64,000 nt of DNA from Vicugna vicugna (lineage: Eukaryota), in the NCBI GenBank assembly GCA_013265495.1, contig MU058584.1:5028508-5092507 (forward strand), given 5' to 3'. The position numbers were made by a program, and so were the translations under genes. This document shows, in pieces, positions 1 to 13,800 of this stretch; positions within the stretch are counted from its first letter, which is position 1, and every line of letters begins with the position of its first letter. The notes beneath the pieces were generated by a model, which made no database searches, was not told where the DNA came from, and worked only from the letters and a program-made list of their open reading frames with translations.

Positions 1-3000
1 GAACTACCCTGAGGACAAAATAAACCACAAAAAATGGTGGAACAGAGAGAGAAAAGTCTTGAATCCTTAACGTTCTTGCTATGAAATCAACTGACCTTGC
101 AGTCACCCTATCTCTAGAATTCTAGCTTGGTGCATAGGAACTTTCTCATTGTTTAAACCTCTTACGGTTTTTTAAGTTTCTTAAAATAAAATTACATGCA
201 TTAAAATACATCCTTTTTGCATAGAGTTCTATGAGTTTTGACAAATGCATTGGAGTTGTTTATTTGCTATACATTGTAAAGCATCCTTACTGATTAATTC
301 ATTTTATTCAGAAATATTTATTGTACATTAACTGTGCCAACCAGGTTCTGTGAAGAATATAAAATGAGACATAGCATGGCCCTTTGTTTTAAGGAAATAC
401 TCATTTATTTCATACGAAACATTCAAATGAAGAATGATTCTATGGTACTATTACTTTGAAAGGAAACCTACCAGAATCTTTAGTTTCATTGATCCATTCA
501 TTCAATTTGTTCCTGCAATAGACATTTGTTGCGTGCCTAGCACATGACTGTTCTTGTAGAGATATAGCCAGATAAGACCTACCCTTCCCTCAAAAGGAGT
601 CAGAAAACTAAATTAAAATTTAAAATACAATGGAATGTCTCCTATGCAGTCTTCCCAAAACTTTTAATGAGTGTATTATTTATGGTGTATATAGATTTCA
701 GCTTTGAAATAGAGTCAGTCTGTGCAGACTTTTTTCTGTTCTTCTAGTTTACAGACCCTTGAGGGGGTTAACAATCCATGTCTGACACATCCTGGACGCC
801 CAGGATAACTAGCATGTTGTCTTGTCTATAGGAATTGCTCCAAGTAAGTACTTGCTCCCATTCTCTCCTCTCCACTTAACTATACAACTTTTGTTAATAT
901 GCCCTCAATCTCATTCCCATCTTTGACCTATCCAGCCTTTGTATTTATATCGGTCTTTCTCAGCCTTTTCTTCCAGACTGAGGGAAAAAAATAAATTTGT
1001 AGGTAAGCCATTGGAGCTTCAAGGGAAGTTTTCAGGAAGTGGCAGAATCCGAGGTGAAATTAAGAAGGATTGAGTGTTGAGTAGAATTGGAAATGAAGGG
1101 AGTCAGTGATGAACTTGAGAATTTGGGATGAAAGGAAGGAGAGATATACGAAGGTCACTTAACTAATTTAGCAGGAAGTTTTGGATCAAGGTTTACTGAC
1201 AGAGAGAACACTTAGGCATATCTGCAGGGTGGGGTAAAGGATCCTGCGAAAGGAAATTCATTTCCCAACTGAAGGAGTCAGGTTAGCAGGAGGGATTCGC
1301 CTTGGAAGGTGGGGACTGCTTTATCTTTGGTTTAGGTGGGAATGAAGGGAGGATGGAAATAGGAACAGAGGAACATGGAAGTAGACGTCAGCGTTGACGA
1401 CCTGGTCCACCCAGCGCCACATGCCTCGTCTGTTCGTCCTTTACTTACACGTGAACAGACATCAAGTGAGCTTTTCTATAGTTCTGAAGCGGGGCTGAAG
1501 CCCAAAGATACAGAAAAGGGCTCTTAGTGCCCAACATTCTCAATTCAAAGATCTGCCAGGTCCTTTCCTAGGCACCAGGTCAGATCCCAGAACTCCTACA
1601 ACCTGTGTTTCCCCCTTTGCCAAGATAGCAGCCCCCAAGGATTGAGAGTGAAGAAGGGTCACTTGGGACGCACAGTGCATGGAAAGAGGCTCTGTCCTTC
1701 CCACCCACGGTAAGTGCTTTCCTCCCTGAAGCAGAGGTAAACGAAGAAGACTGTCCAAGAATTGTTAAGGTTTGCGGTTTTGGCATGCAAGGAACTTACT
1801 GGTATTGTATTCTTCAGCTGGTTTCTGTTTAGCCCGCTGACTCTCTGACCTACCCTGTACCACCTGAATAAGGAAAATAGAATTGGGAGAAAGAGTATGT
1901 GGGATGGTCTTTCTGAGAAGGATGCCAAGATGCCCCCTTCAATATCCAGTTCCCAGAAAGTACGGTGCTGCCTCCTGCACCTGCCCGCAAGAGTTAACTG
2001 TGGCAGCTGGATGAGACTGAGGAACCTAAACTTGTCGATAAGCTTTGGGGTTGAAGTTGAGGCAAAGGTGAACACACATCAGAGGGTTGTGGCATAAAGC
2101 TGGAGATCAGATTGATAAGGGGGCCAAGTGTCACAGGGGATCTCTAATGCTCGGGAGATCTGCACAGGAGCAAGATGTGAGGCCCACTGCTGCTCTCGCA
2201 CATCATGCTGCAGCCTAGCAACCATGAGCTGGAGCTGCCAGCCCACACGAGGGCAGCCACCTCATCCTGTTACGGAAAATGTTTGGTGAAACCACTGGCG
2301 CCAAAGACAGCTCTAGCCAGCACTGAGGTTTGTGAGGGAAAGAGATGATGTTTGGGTTGAATTTGACATAAAAGACATAAATAAATAAAAAGAACTAAAG
2401 CTTAAGTGCTAAACTGTCCTGAGAGGGACAGGATCTGGGAAGTTAAGGAATTAAGCCATGATGCTATTAAGGGATCCATTACTCAGTTAGACGGGAGAGT
2501 TCAACAAAAGTCTCATGTTTATATCCCCAACAAATTGACATGGCACCCAACCAGTTACAAAAACCAGACTTGGATTTAGAGCCCGTGGGCTGAAATGCTC
2601 TTTGAGAGCAAGGCCATGTTTACATTAATAGCTCCTCTATAATCCCTTGGAGAATTTAGATTGCTGTTGAACACCTAATCAATGCTAAATACCTATTGAA
2701 CCATGAATTAACTAACCAAATTGGTTTTTCCCAGAGGTTGGTAGAATAAATTTTACCTCTGCAGGTTTATGCAGAACAGCAGAGAGCCTGACCCCTATTA
2801 AATTAGTGGATACCATAGAACGTACACAAGGGACACCATAGAAATGTGCTGAAGTTCGGTCATGTTCACGGTCAACCCTTAACCTCTCTGTCCTCAGAGC
2901 ATCACTGCAGACCTCCATCTGTCTCTCATCACAGATTTCAGCCCATTTCCTATTACCAAGTAAGGCCTTTATTTATTTATTTATTTTAAATTAAACTCTC

Positions 3001-6000
3001 ATCTTGGTGATCTGGTTTCATTCATTTTTTCAGTTATTTTTGAGTACCTCTTACGTGTCACACACCATGCCAGGAAATCAACAGTGAGCAAAACGTTTTT
3101 GCTGTCATGGGCTAGTCGGGGGGGACACTGATTTAATAAAAGAAGCTCACAAACAAGTGTATAAACAGAAGTGAGCCAAATGTTATGGAGGGGAAAAGTC
3201 TGATCCTGTGAGAGCACGTGTCAGGGGAGTGCTACGTAGCCTCAGTGCTGGGAAGTCTGGGTTGAGAGCTGATGGGTGGATAGGAGATAACTGGTAAAGA
3301 GAAGTGTAGAAATAAACTTAGGGGCAGCACTGTTGCTGACACAGGGAATCCCACGTGCAGATATCTTTCCATGGGAGGGAATGCAGCGTCCTTGAGCTTA
3401 TCCCACAGTTCAGGAATAAATCATAAGCTAATTTACCCTTGCCTGGTTTGACTCTGAGCAGATGGCCTGTCCTTTTATTTCCCCCTCCCATTTCCTCAAA
3501 TACAAACCAGGAAGTGTTTTTTAACTCACGATCTTACTGAAAACCTCCCACTGAAATCCCATGATGTGGCTAAACGGCTTGAACAGCGACAGGGAGACCA
3601 CATAATGGACCTCAGCTGGGCAAAAGGCTGGTGAGCAAAGGGGACAGGAAGGATGGAGGAAGAACAGCATCCCTGGCCAGGTCGTGCCCATTATTGGACT
3701 AAACGAGCATCTAACCCAACGTCCATGACCAGTATCTTTCCAGGAGTTTGAGGGAAGGGTCCTGAAGCACATTCTTCCAGACACTAATGCTAAGATGGCC
3801 TCTTGATCCTAGGTCCTGAGAAATATTGAGAACTAAGGAGCCAAGAAGGCATGACTTTACAAGGAGAGCAAACAGGGAATCTGGTTTCTAATTAAAGCAA
3901 AGCCAAGTTTTCTTTGTTAGAGACTCAGTGAGGAGAAGGGAGAACAGGATGAAAGGAAAATCAATAGAGCAGCTACAGGCATTGCCTCGCTGTCAGACAC
4001 CCCAAACTGATCCATCACAGTCATGCCCTATGGAGCCAGGCTACTGAATGTGCTGCCTCCAGAGAGCATAGCTAATTTCTGTGCCAAGCAGAGAACAGAA
4101 TTTACCCAATAGAAATACTGTAATTCAAGGGCAATAGCATTTTACTGCAAAACAAAATAAAAGTCCATAGAAAGCTTTGAAAGCACCATTTACAAAATTG
4201 AAATTAAGGCTTGTGGATTCAGCCTTTATAGGATTACTCCCACCACCGTCGTCACTCTACGTGCTGTGCTTCTAGGCTTTCGTCCCCTGAGTTCTCCTGC
4301 CTTTCCCCAACGTTTTTCCCCTGGGGAGGCATCGGCTCTCGAGCCAGACAGATCTGCAGGTAAATCTTGGGGACTCCTTGATCACCCTGTGCCTCGGTTT
4401 CTTGGTGAAGTTAAATAACCTGATAGCTCACCTCAAAAGGCTGGGGGGAGGATTAACTAGTTAATATCTCTAAAGTACTTAGTGTCTGGCAGCCAAATCT
4501 CAAAGTAAGCTCCATGGCTACAGGCATTTTTGTGTATTTTTGTTCACTGCTGCCTTTTCAGCACCTAGAACAGTGTCAGGTGCAAAGAAGGTGCTCAGTA
4601 AGTATGTGCAGATGAACGAATGGCACACAGTTCTCAGTGATACCTATTGGTATATCCCCTCTTTAGAATTTAACTCCATTGAGAAGAAACATGTCTTCTC
4701 TTCTACTTGAGACTTTGTAAAATATCTAAGGCAGACCATGGCTTCCTGCATCCACTCTTGTCCTCCTCCAAGCATAAATCTCATCTTCCCCTAAACCCTT
4801 TAGGTGTTTCCCCTGTTCTTAACACAAAGTCCAATCTTCTTAAGGTGGTTTACATACATATCATAATTTGGCCCTCGTCTGCCTCTCACCCTTCATCTGT
4901 GGACCCCGGATGAGCAATCCTCCTCTTCCTTAACACTGCCCATAACAGAACAGTTCTGTGCTCGTGTCTTGGTGGGCCACATGGTTCCTCCAGTGAGCCA
5001 CATCATCTTGCTTCCAGGCTTTCATACGTGCTATTACTTCTGCCCTCAATACTCCTTTATTCTCTTTCATCTAGCTGTCTCCTACACTTCCTTCAAGCTT
5101 CAAATTAAATGTTGCTTTCACAGTACTGTTTTCATCGACTCTCTAAACTAGGTTAGATAGCCCCGTTATAAGTTTCCATAACACCCTGTATCCCCATCTT
5201 GTATCATATAGAAGTATTTGTCATACTGGTATTCCTACCTCACTGAAGAACCCACGAGGGCCAGGATTCTACTGTTCTTGTTCAGCATGGTGTCCCCGAT
5301 GCCTGGCCAAATGTGCAGCACTCAATAGGCGCTCACAAATATACCGGTAAATAAATGTCTAATGCAGGCGTACTGGGCTCAGATTCTACCTCCACTGTCT
5401 GCCAGTCCTGTGATCTCGGCCAAGATATTTACCTTTATAGAGTCTTAATTTTTATCTATGTAGAATAGAGATAGTACCACTAATCTCATAGGATTTTTTT
5501 AAAAAGGTTAAATGCATACAGCATGTAAAATATCTCATAATATATGCTTAATGAAAAGAATTTTATTGTTACAATTATTATCATTAATAATCTGACTAAA
5601 CCTGGCCTAGAAGGTAAGATACTTAATCTACCCATTCAAAACAAGAAACAGCCAACAAACAACTAAGAATACCTGTTTCCTTTATTGTTTTCCTTAATTA
5701 ATCTGTGGCCTCAAGGTGGTATAAATATATTTTTGGCTTAAGGGTGGAAAAATCAACAGATGAGCAGTTATTCCCTTTACCAACCCAAGGGACCACCTTA
5801 TTTTCAATCCTGTTACAGCATTTGGGGATTGATGTTTCTCTTCTTACATCTGGCTCACACATATTATAGTTATTATATTATATGATTCAGGTGAACGGAA
5901 GGTGGAAATATTTACAGGCCATGCATTGCACTAGGTCCTTCGTATACATTATCCCATGTACTAATTACTAGCAAGTAAATGGAGAAAGCATGCGGTGGTT

Positions 6001-7959
6001 AAGAGCATGGTCTTCAGAGTCAAAGAAATCTAGGTTCAAATCCCAGCTCCACCATTAACTAACTGGGCCACCATGGACAAGCTTGGAGGACAGGATGTGG
6101 CATATAGTTCAATAAATGGTTGAACACTTCATTGATTGTATTGATTATAATGATTATATTGTAAAATTGTAACGGGTAGACATGTGCAAGGCTAATGAAT
6201 AACATTTTTTTTTTGAGAAGAATTATCTGAGTCTTCATAGAAAGACCTAGGATTGAGCAGAGATGGTAAATTATTCCAGGAAAATTCTTGTCACTTTGTT
6301 ACTGGAACATCAACACCATTTGTTATTGATCATCACTGTCACTAACATTGTCAAATAGACATGTTTCTTGGAGCAGAGACAAAATCTGAACAGGAGAGCC
6401 TGAGCAGGCAACTGGAGTTTGAAACTATGGCAACTTTCATTTTAAGATAATTTGAATGGCGCTTGTAAAGGAGAAGTTGTTCAGGTAGATCAAGGGAAGC
6501 AAAATGGATCCTGGTGGTCACATAAGCAACAGGCAGGAAATGGAGAATAATTCAGTAGAGTTTTTGAAATGTGGCTCTAGTTGTTATATTACTGGCATAT
6601 GGCAAGTCAGTAACAACTTTACTGCTTTTTAAGGAGTCTGTACTCCAGAAACTTGATTGTATTGATTGCAATTTGATCGTATCCTTTAGTGATTCAGCCA
6701 AGAAATGCTCAACTGGCTCATTGTGCTAAGGCAAAGTAGGAGAGAGGAGAACCAAATGCTATGGTTCTTACAAAAAGCAAAACATGGGGGCGTGGTCCAA
6801 GAAGAAGGTATAATCCCCAGAGGTAAATAAAGGGGTTTTCTAGCCTCTTGGGTAGAGAACTCTGCTCAATTCATTCCTTGTGCTGTATTTTGTTGAAAAA
6901 GGAATTGATTGATTTTTCTTCCGTATTTCAGAGAAAATGGGGAAAAGGAGAAAAAATATAGGGAAAAATTATGTAGAGAAACCGTGCTGTTGTAGGTGAA
7001 ATGGTGGTTGGAGGCAGGAAAAATGTTCCATGGTGGTTTGTAGACATTCCTAATTGGGCTTGCAGAAAGAAAGCCTTAGAAAGACTTAAAGCTCCATCTT
7101 CCTTGAGTATAGGTGGTTCTAAAATATCCTTGCTATTTCCTTTTGTAAGGAGGACTTAGTCTTTGCCTACTGCTATTTTCATGCTGGGTGTCTGGTATAA
7201 TGTAGCTCAATAAATGCCGGAGTACGTCTGTACACCTGTGATCAGAGTACGTCTTCACGTCGGCTGTGATCACACATCAAAACCCAAAGTCTATTTTTAT
7301 TGATCAGCTTTTAGAAAGCACAAAACATGAGCAAACACCCTAAATTGGATTATAAGCACTCAATATTTAATCAGCTTTTGGTTATTACTAGCAACCTGAC
7401 ATTTAACTGAAGAATTTTTTTTTAGAGATGTGATTCAGATAAATTTTCCTTTCATGAATGAAGGTCAGTAAATGAGTCTGTTGTTAAAAGTTCTCAATAT
7501 TGGCCTCTGCTGCCACCATATATGCTGGTGATGACTGTGGTTTTAAGTTAGTAGGATTTTAAAATTCTGTTTTATATGTGTATAATTAATGTGCTATGGT
7601 CACGTGCTGAGATGATTAACACCTTACACTGATGGGGGCATTTCTGGTTTGGGACTTTTTAAAAATTGAATCCTTTAAGATTGGTAAATTCTGGCCATTT
7701 TGCAGATGAAGCAAACTGAGTCTCAGCAATATTAAGTCACTTTCCTTTGCACTATGAGATCTGTGAAATTTGATAGGGAGAGTAAGAAATAGATTGGCAT
7801 AGCTTCAGTGAATGGCAAGCTTGCTGAAGGCCTGTATGTTTCTACACAATTTATTGTTAACTAATAAGACATATATACATAGCACAGGTAGACTTTGGCT
7901 AATTTCACACAACGCCACTATAACTGAACGGTAGAAATGTCAACAGAGCTTAATTCATG

Positions 7960-8255
7960 GAATGGCAAGAACATCGTATGACCCAGCAACGCTACTCCAA
8001 GACGTGCACCCCAGAGAGAATTCTGCATTTATCCCCTAGGAGATGTGCAAAACAATTTTCATAGTAGCATTGCTGTAAAAACAAAGACTTGGGAGCAATG
8101 AAGATATCCCTTAATTAGAGAGTGGCTAAATAAATTGTGGTGTAGGTCTGTGCTGGAGTGATATTTATCAGTAAAATGTGAATGATCTGCAGTGACTGAC
8201 ACAGCACGCATGAATCGTACACACGTAACGCTGGATGAAATAAGCAAACTGCAAA
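7960..8255 (+). mobile_element. Ancient L1M(E)-like fragment
   Basis: tatgacccagcaacgctactcc...ataaattgtggtg...gcatgaatc resembles a decayed L1 ORF2 end. Confidence 0.6.
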
Positions 8256-8920
8256 ATAGAAACAGGAATACAGAGCACTTACTCTGTGTAGGGCACTATT
8301 CTAATTACTTCAGATATGCTAATTCATTAATCTCCACCGAGACCCTAAGAGGCAGGTATTATTAGAATCACCCTATTTGATAGAAGTGGGAACCAAGTCC
8401 TATAGCGGTTAAGTAAATTGCCTCAGGTCACACAGACACTAAGTGGGAGAGCTAGAATCTGTGCACAGGCACAAATGCCAAATACACTGTGCGTGAATGT
8501 GTATATATATACACACACACAAGCACACACATACATGCACACGTATTTATACACACAATAGTGTATATATAAAATGTGTATATATGTAGTTATGCACAGA
8601 ACTGATGAAGTCCCAGCTCACTGTGTTACCTCTCACGGGGGAGACAGTGGCATGGGTCAGAGAAGGACAGCACTGATAGGTACCATGGTGTTGATAATTT
8701 CTGGCTCTTAAGATGGTAGTGGATTTGTGGTTATCTATAATTCGGTGTCACAACCTCATATAACACATAAATGCGGCATGTAGTTATACCTCAATTATTA
8801 CATTGAAAAAGAACCATCTGGGGAACCTTCTGAAATTCTGAATTCCTGGGTCCATTGCTAGAATTTTCAGGGTTTAGAGAAACTTGAGAGAGAGAGATCT
8901 GGCCAGATCCTTAGCACTTG

Positions 8921-9345
8921 AATCAGTTGTCTATTGCTACTTGACAAACGACCCCAAACTGAGTGGCTTAAATAGCAACCATTTTCTTGTTACGATTCTG
9001 TGGGTCTTCAGGGGGGTGGGTAGAACCAGCTGGTGCAGCTGTAAGCATCTGGCTGCCAGTCTGGCCTTGATGGTCGAAGGTGGCCTTGTGCACATCTGGG
9101 TTCTGCTGTCAGGTGATCTTTTTTTTTTTTTTTTTAAGGTTTATTCGTTTGTTTTAATGGAGGTACTGGAGATTGAACCTAGGACTTCGTGCGTGCCAAG
9201 CACACACTCTACCACTGAGCTATGCCCTCCCCCTGCTGTCAGGTGATCTTCAGGAGGCCCTTCACCTTCACCTTCACCTGGCTTCTCTGCACGGTGTCAG
9301 GCCGCCTTTTAAGAGGGTGAGAGGACAAGCTGCAAGGCTTCAGTA
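8921..9345. mobile_element. MaLR (MLT1-type) LTR fragment interrupted by the vic-1 SINE
   Basis: tcagttgtctattgctac...accccaaactgagtggcttaaatagcaaccattt...gattctgtgggtc is a characteristic MLT1 terminus. Confidence 0.7.
9121..9232 (-). mobile_element. vic-1-type tRNA-derived SINE (camelid) with perfect 18-bp TSD
   Basis: Reverse complement reads GGGGAGGGCATAGCTCAGTGGTAGAG...GGTTCAATCTCCAGTACCTCCA plus an A tail. Flanked by ctgctgtcaggtgatctt at 9103-9120 and 9233-9250. Confidence 0.9.
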
Positions 9346-9346
9346 G

Positions 9347-9740
9347 TGTGACTGCCTGACATTAAACGTTTTGATTGTAATGTAATTGCCTGGCATTAAG
9401 CTTTTCGATTGCTGAGATCCATTTCAGAGACATCCATCTCAAAACAAACCACCAGCCTATGACACAGCTGCAAGCAAAACAATTAAATAAGGAGGTGGGT
9501 TGCCCCCAAAACCCACGAACTGTCAAGTGTGCCTTTCAGAAAGCCCTGAGTAACCTAGACAACTGAAGGTTTCTCCCTTCCCACCATGTCCTAATTCCCA
9601 TTATCGTGTTTAAAATTCACCAGTAAAGAGGGAACCCATGAAACTCCACCCCACCTTGGATGCTAATAAAGGCAGCACCCCAGCTCCACACTCTTCCCTC
9701 TCTCTCCCAAGACCTTGCTGCATGGTTTCCGCATGCTATA
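9347..9740 (+). mobile_element. Probable ERV LTR fragment, family unassigned
   Basis: Starts TGTG, with an internal ~25-bp direct repeat (tgcctgacattaaacgttttgattg / tgcctggcattaagcttttcgattg) and a TATA-like taataaaggc followed by a pyrimidine-rich R-like stretch. Right end uncertain. Confidence 0.4.
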
Positions 9741-10503
9741 CATTGTTTTTTGCCTTTCTCAGAGTTTTTAATTTGCTTAGCAGTGGTTTTCAAACCAAGC
9801 TCCTACAGGGAATATCCCATGTTCCATGACTGAGATGTTCAGTGCTGAAATGTTCTGTCACTAAAATAGAATGATGGAGGTTGCATCCCAATTCACAGAG
9901 AGAACAAAATTACAGAATAGATATCCGATTTTAGCTGTTTTGAGACCTTTCAACCCCTGAATGAACAGGTAGCTCATGAAACTCAAAAAGGAAAAGATAT
10001 TTTTTAAGATGACTGAAAACATGTCTCTAGGAATCCTCACGCTGCCACTAATGTGGGCAAGTTCATCCGCTGCTCTAAAGCTTCGGATTTATCATCAGTA
10101 AAATGCGGATATGAAACTGAGATCACTGCACCGTTACAGTTAATTGGATAATACATGTTAGATAGTATCTATAAAGACCTCAATATAGTTATCTTGCACC
10201 TATTACAGACCCAAAAATGTTCATTTCTTAAAAGATGTGGATATTTGAGGATATGAAATGTAATCCTGTAGTAAAACATTTTTTTCTTAATTTGTGTGAT
10301 AGAATTACGACCTGAGTATTTCGTTGTGTTTGGTTCCACTGAATTTCCTATTCAGCCTTGCAGTGCACTTCACTGAATATGTTTTCTTATACGTTTGCCA
10401 ACATTTCCGCCTTTTTCTAGGGAGATAGGAATCCTGTGCTAAGATCTAAATTTTGGATTCCATCTTTCTGTCTCTCTTGAATTACTCTGTCATTCCTTTA
10501 TGG

Positions 10504-10888
10504 TGATAAAAAAAAAAAAAAAAGACAACAAGCCGAAAGTGGAGTTGTTTACGCCAAATCCCATGTCACCAAACGGAGACTTAATTACAGTTTCAGCTCT
10601 CCCAGAAATGAAATCTTAAACCAGTTGATCAGAAATCACGTGATCAGCACTAATTAGGTAAACTGTCTGATAGACCCCTGTCATTCCCTAAGGGAGAGTG
10701 AGTTTGCAATAACTAACTTGTTTTTTCCCCTAGTATAAATTCTTTGTTTCATTCTGTCTAATCTTTTATTTTGAACAGTTCCTCAGAGCGTCTTTCTATC
10801 TGCTGGGTTGAATACTGCCCAGTTCGAATCAATTTTTGCTCCATGAACCCTTGAACATTTTTAATATGCCTCAGTTTATCTTTGAACA
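10504..10888 (+). mobile_element. Solo ERV1-type LTR (MER89/MER90-like layout)
   Basis: TG...CA termini; ends aatatgcctcagtttatctttgaaca; near-TSD atgg/ctgg. Confidence 0.65.
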
Positions 10889-13800
10889 CTGGTCTCAGCT
10901 CAGGAGTGGCTTGATTAAGGGAAGAGCTTCCCGTTAGCTTAATCTCTCCAGATGCTCACATCTTCACCCAACTCATGTCCCTCTTTCACAAAGCTTTGCT
11001 TGGCACTGCCTACCCTTCGCCTCTGTTATGCATGAATCCATCCATTAGGTCTCATCTAACTGACCTTAAATCTACATCCTGATTTTCTCAGTATTTAGGT
11101 TTTTTTTGTTTGTTTGTTTGTTTGTTTTTTTGGTATCCATATGTTCTCCATGACTAGAGTATGAAGTCCCTAGTGTTAGGATTACCATATATTTGTTTCT
11201 TTTTGTTGTTAATCCTTGTAGCTCCTAGCACAGCATGGGACTCACACTTGTTACTCAGTGAGTACTTGCTTACAAACTCGTTCCTACTCGAAGCTGAAAG
11301 CATTCAGGGTCTCTAAAAAGAAGGATTTACTCGGGCAACGCAGAATGGCAGGTCACAGTGTAAAATCAGTACTGAAATGAAATCAGCATATGGTGCTTAG
11401 AATGTGTTTATCATGTCCAAGTTGATCTTCAGAACAAGTCAGTGAGGCAGGGAGAAAGTATTATAGTCATCCTCACCTTTCAGAGAAGGACTCGTGGGGA
11501 TTGAGTCACTTGCCCAACGTTGTGCAGACTGAACATTGTAGAGACTGAATGAAAACCAGGTAACTTGACTCCATACCCCACACTCTTCCAAGAGTGCTAT
11601 GCTGCTGCCTTTACAACCCAGTTGATACTACGGCCCTTGAAGACAGAGATAAATTTGCTAACTAACCAACACGTGCAATGCTGTGAATGCTGTGTATTGT
11701 TAGTTTTGAAAATGCATATTAAATTATTTTTGCTTTATAAAATTTGCTGCATTTTATAAAAATTATTTGCACTTTTATTTTCTACTCATCTTTTAGATAT
11801 GATCACATTTCAATTTGTACCACAGATTATAGTCTGCAGTTGAAAACCTTTGGTGAGAAATACAAGTACCCTAGCATCCTGGGATATATTAAATTTTAAA
11901 CTCTCCTGGAAGGCCTGATCTTTGTCCAAGTTTGCTTTCCTTTGCAGTACTTTTCCTGCCAACTAACTACTGTGTCTATTGTCAGATACTGTTAATTTAA
12001 TATTCATTGAGGAACACCTGCTATAGGTCAGAAACAGTTGTAGCCACCAGGGATTCAGAGACAAATATGACACAATCCCTGTCCTCAAGGAATTTATTGT
12101 CTGGAAATGAAAACATCATTTAAAATGGTTCGCATAAAGCACTGTGGCAAAGGCGGTGATGGTGTTCTGCACATAGTATTGTGGGATCCCCGAAGGAGGC
12201 CACCTGGGATTAAGGAAGGCAAGGAATGAGGAGACAAGAAGCAGAGGACAGTCCCATGGAAGACAGTGATGCTTTATCAAGAAGTGGAACTCAAACCCAT
12301 GCACTATAGACAGCATGGAACGTAAGAGCATGTGTAAGTGGGATTTGTAGGTGACAAGTCGGGGTAGAGATAAGGAAACGAGATAGAGAAATCTTTCAGT
12401 GGTTTGGCAAAGAGATGATGGGTTCTACTTGCAGCTATTTTTCATGGAACTGTAGACTATCAGGTGTTGGAAGGTACTTCTCATTGTTTAAATATTTATA
12501 TAGTTAATAGTTAATAAATGCCTACTGTATGTGGGGCAGTGGATACAGAGGGACAAAGAGAACATTTGGTCTTTGTCAAAACAGGAAAATGCTACAGTGT
12601 GACAAGTGCTATAAAGTAGGTATAATTAGGTATTACGGGAGCACCAGTGAGGAACTTCTAACTCAGCCTGGGGAGCCAGGGAGTCAGCACTGCAAGTCAG
12701 CCAGGGAACAAGGTGCAGGTACAGAGACACCCAAGGGTAGCGAACAGTCTTCAAAGTCACATGGCATGGTCTCTCCAGGGAAATGCGAACAATTCTGCAT
12801 GACTGGAGCAGAATTACACCGGCGGGGGGTGCAGACTGAGAAGGAATATATGTCATTGGAAGGAATGTGTTTAGGAATCACGTGACGACTTTGAGCAAGG
12901 ACTCAACATGTTAGATTTATGTTTGGAAAAAAGTCTTCCAGCAGATGGATGGATTTCCTGAAGGAAAGACTGTCGCTAAGGAGACTGAGAAGCAATAACA
13001 AGGGTTTGGATAAAAGTGGTAATAGGAGATTAAATTCAGTGGGTCAAATCCAAGAATTGCTTAGGAGGTAAAAATTATAAATGATGAATCCGTAGTACAG
13101 GGAGCATTGTGAATGCATGCCACCCCCCACCCCCCAAGAGGAGTACAGGGAAAACCAGGATTCACTTAAAACAAGGAGGTGAGGCACGAGTTTATGAAAA
13201 GATAAAAGATGCATGGTTATTTGTTTTTCTTCTTTTTCGACCCATGGGATACAATTTCCAAGAGCCTAAGTATTGTAAATGTTTGGGGACGTGAGAATGA
13301 AAGCAATAGTGAAAGAACATGATTGGTAGAATATGCATAAAGGGAATGGGAGAGAAGGGATAAATAAAAGGGCTGCCACTCAGAGCATTCACCAAGAATA
13401 ATCAACCAGGTAAGTCATTCATTCAGCCAACAAACATGTTTTGATCTCCAACAATGTACTAGGTACTCCACTACATGTTGGGAATGCAGTAATGAACCAG
13501 GGGAGGACTGACTGGCTTCATGGCTTCCGATGTTGACTTGATTTGGTGCTCATGCTGGCTGAGGCCTCAGGCAGGGAGAGGAAGATCAGATTGGGAGTCC
13601 ATGGCATTGCCTACACAAGGCGGCACAGCACAGTCTGTATCAGAATATTCATGCATGGGATTCAGCCAGGTCTGAGTCAGCTCTAATGTGTAGAGTGTGT
13701 GACCTTGAAAAAGGAACTCAATTTCTCTGAGTCATTTTTCCACGCTTGTAAAGTGAAGATAATGATAACCACCTTGCAAGTCTATTATGAGTATTCAAAG

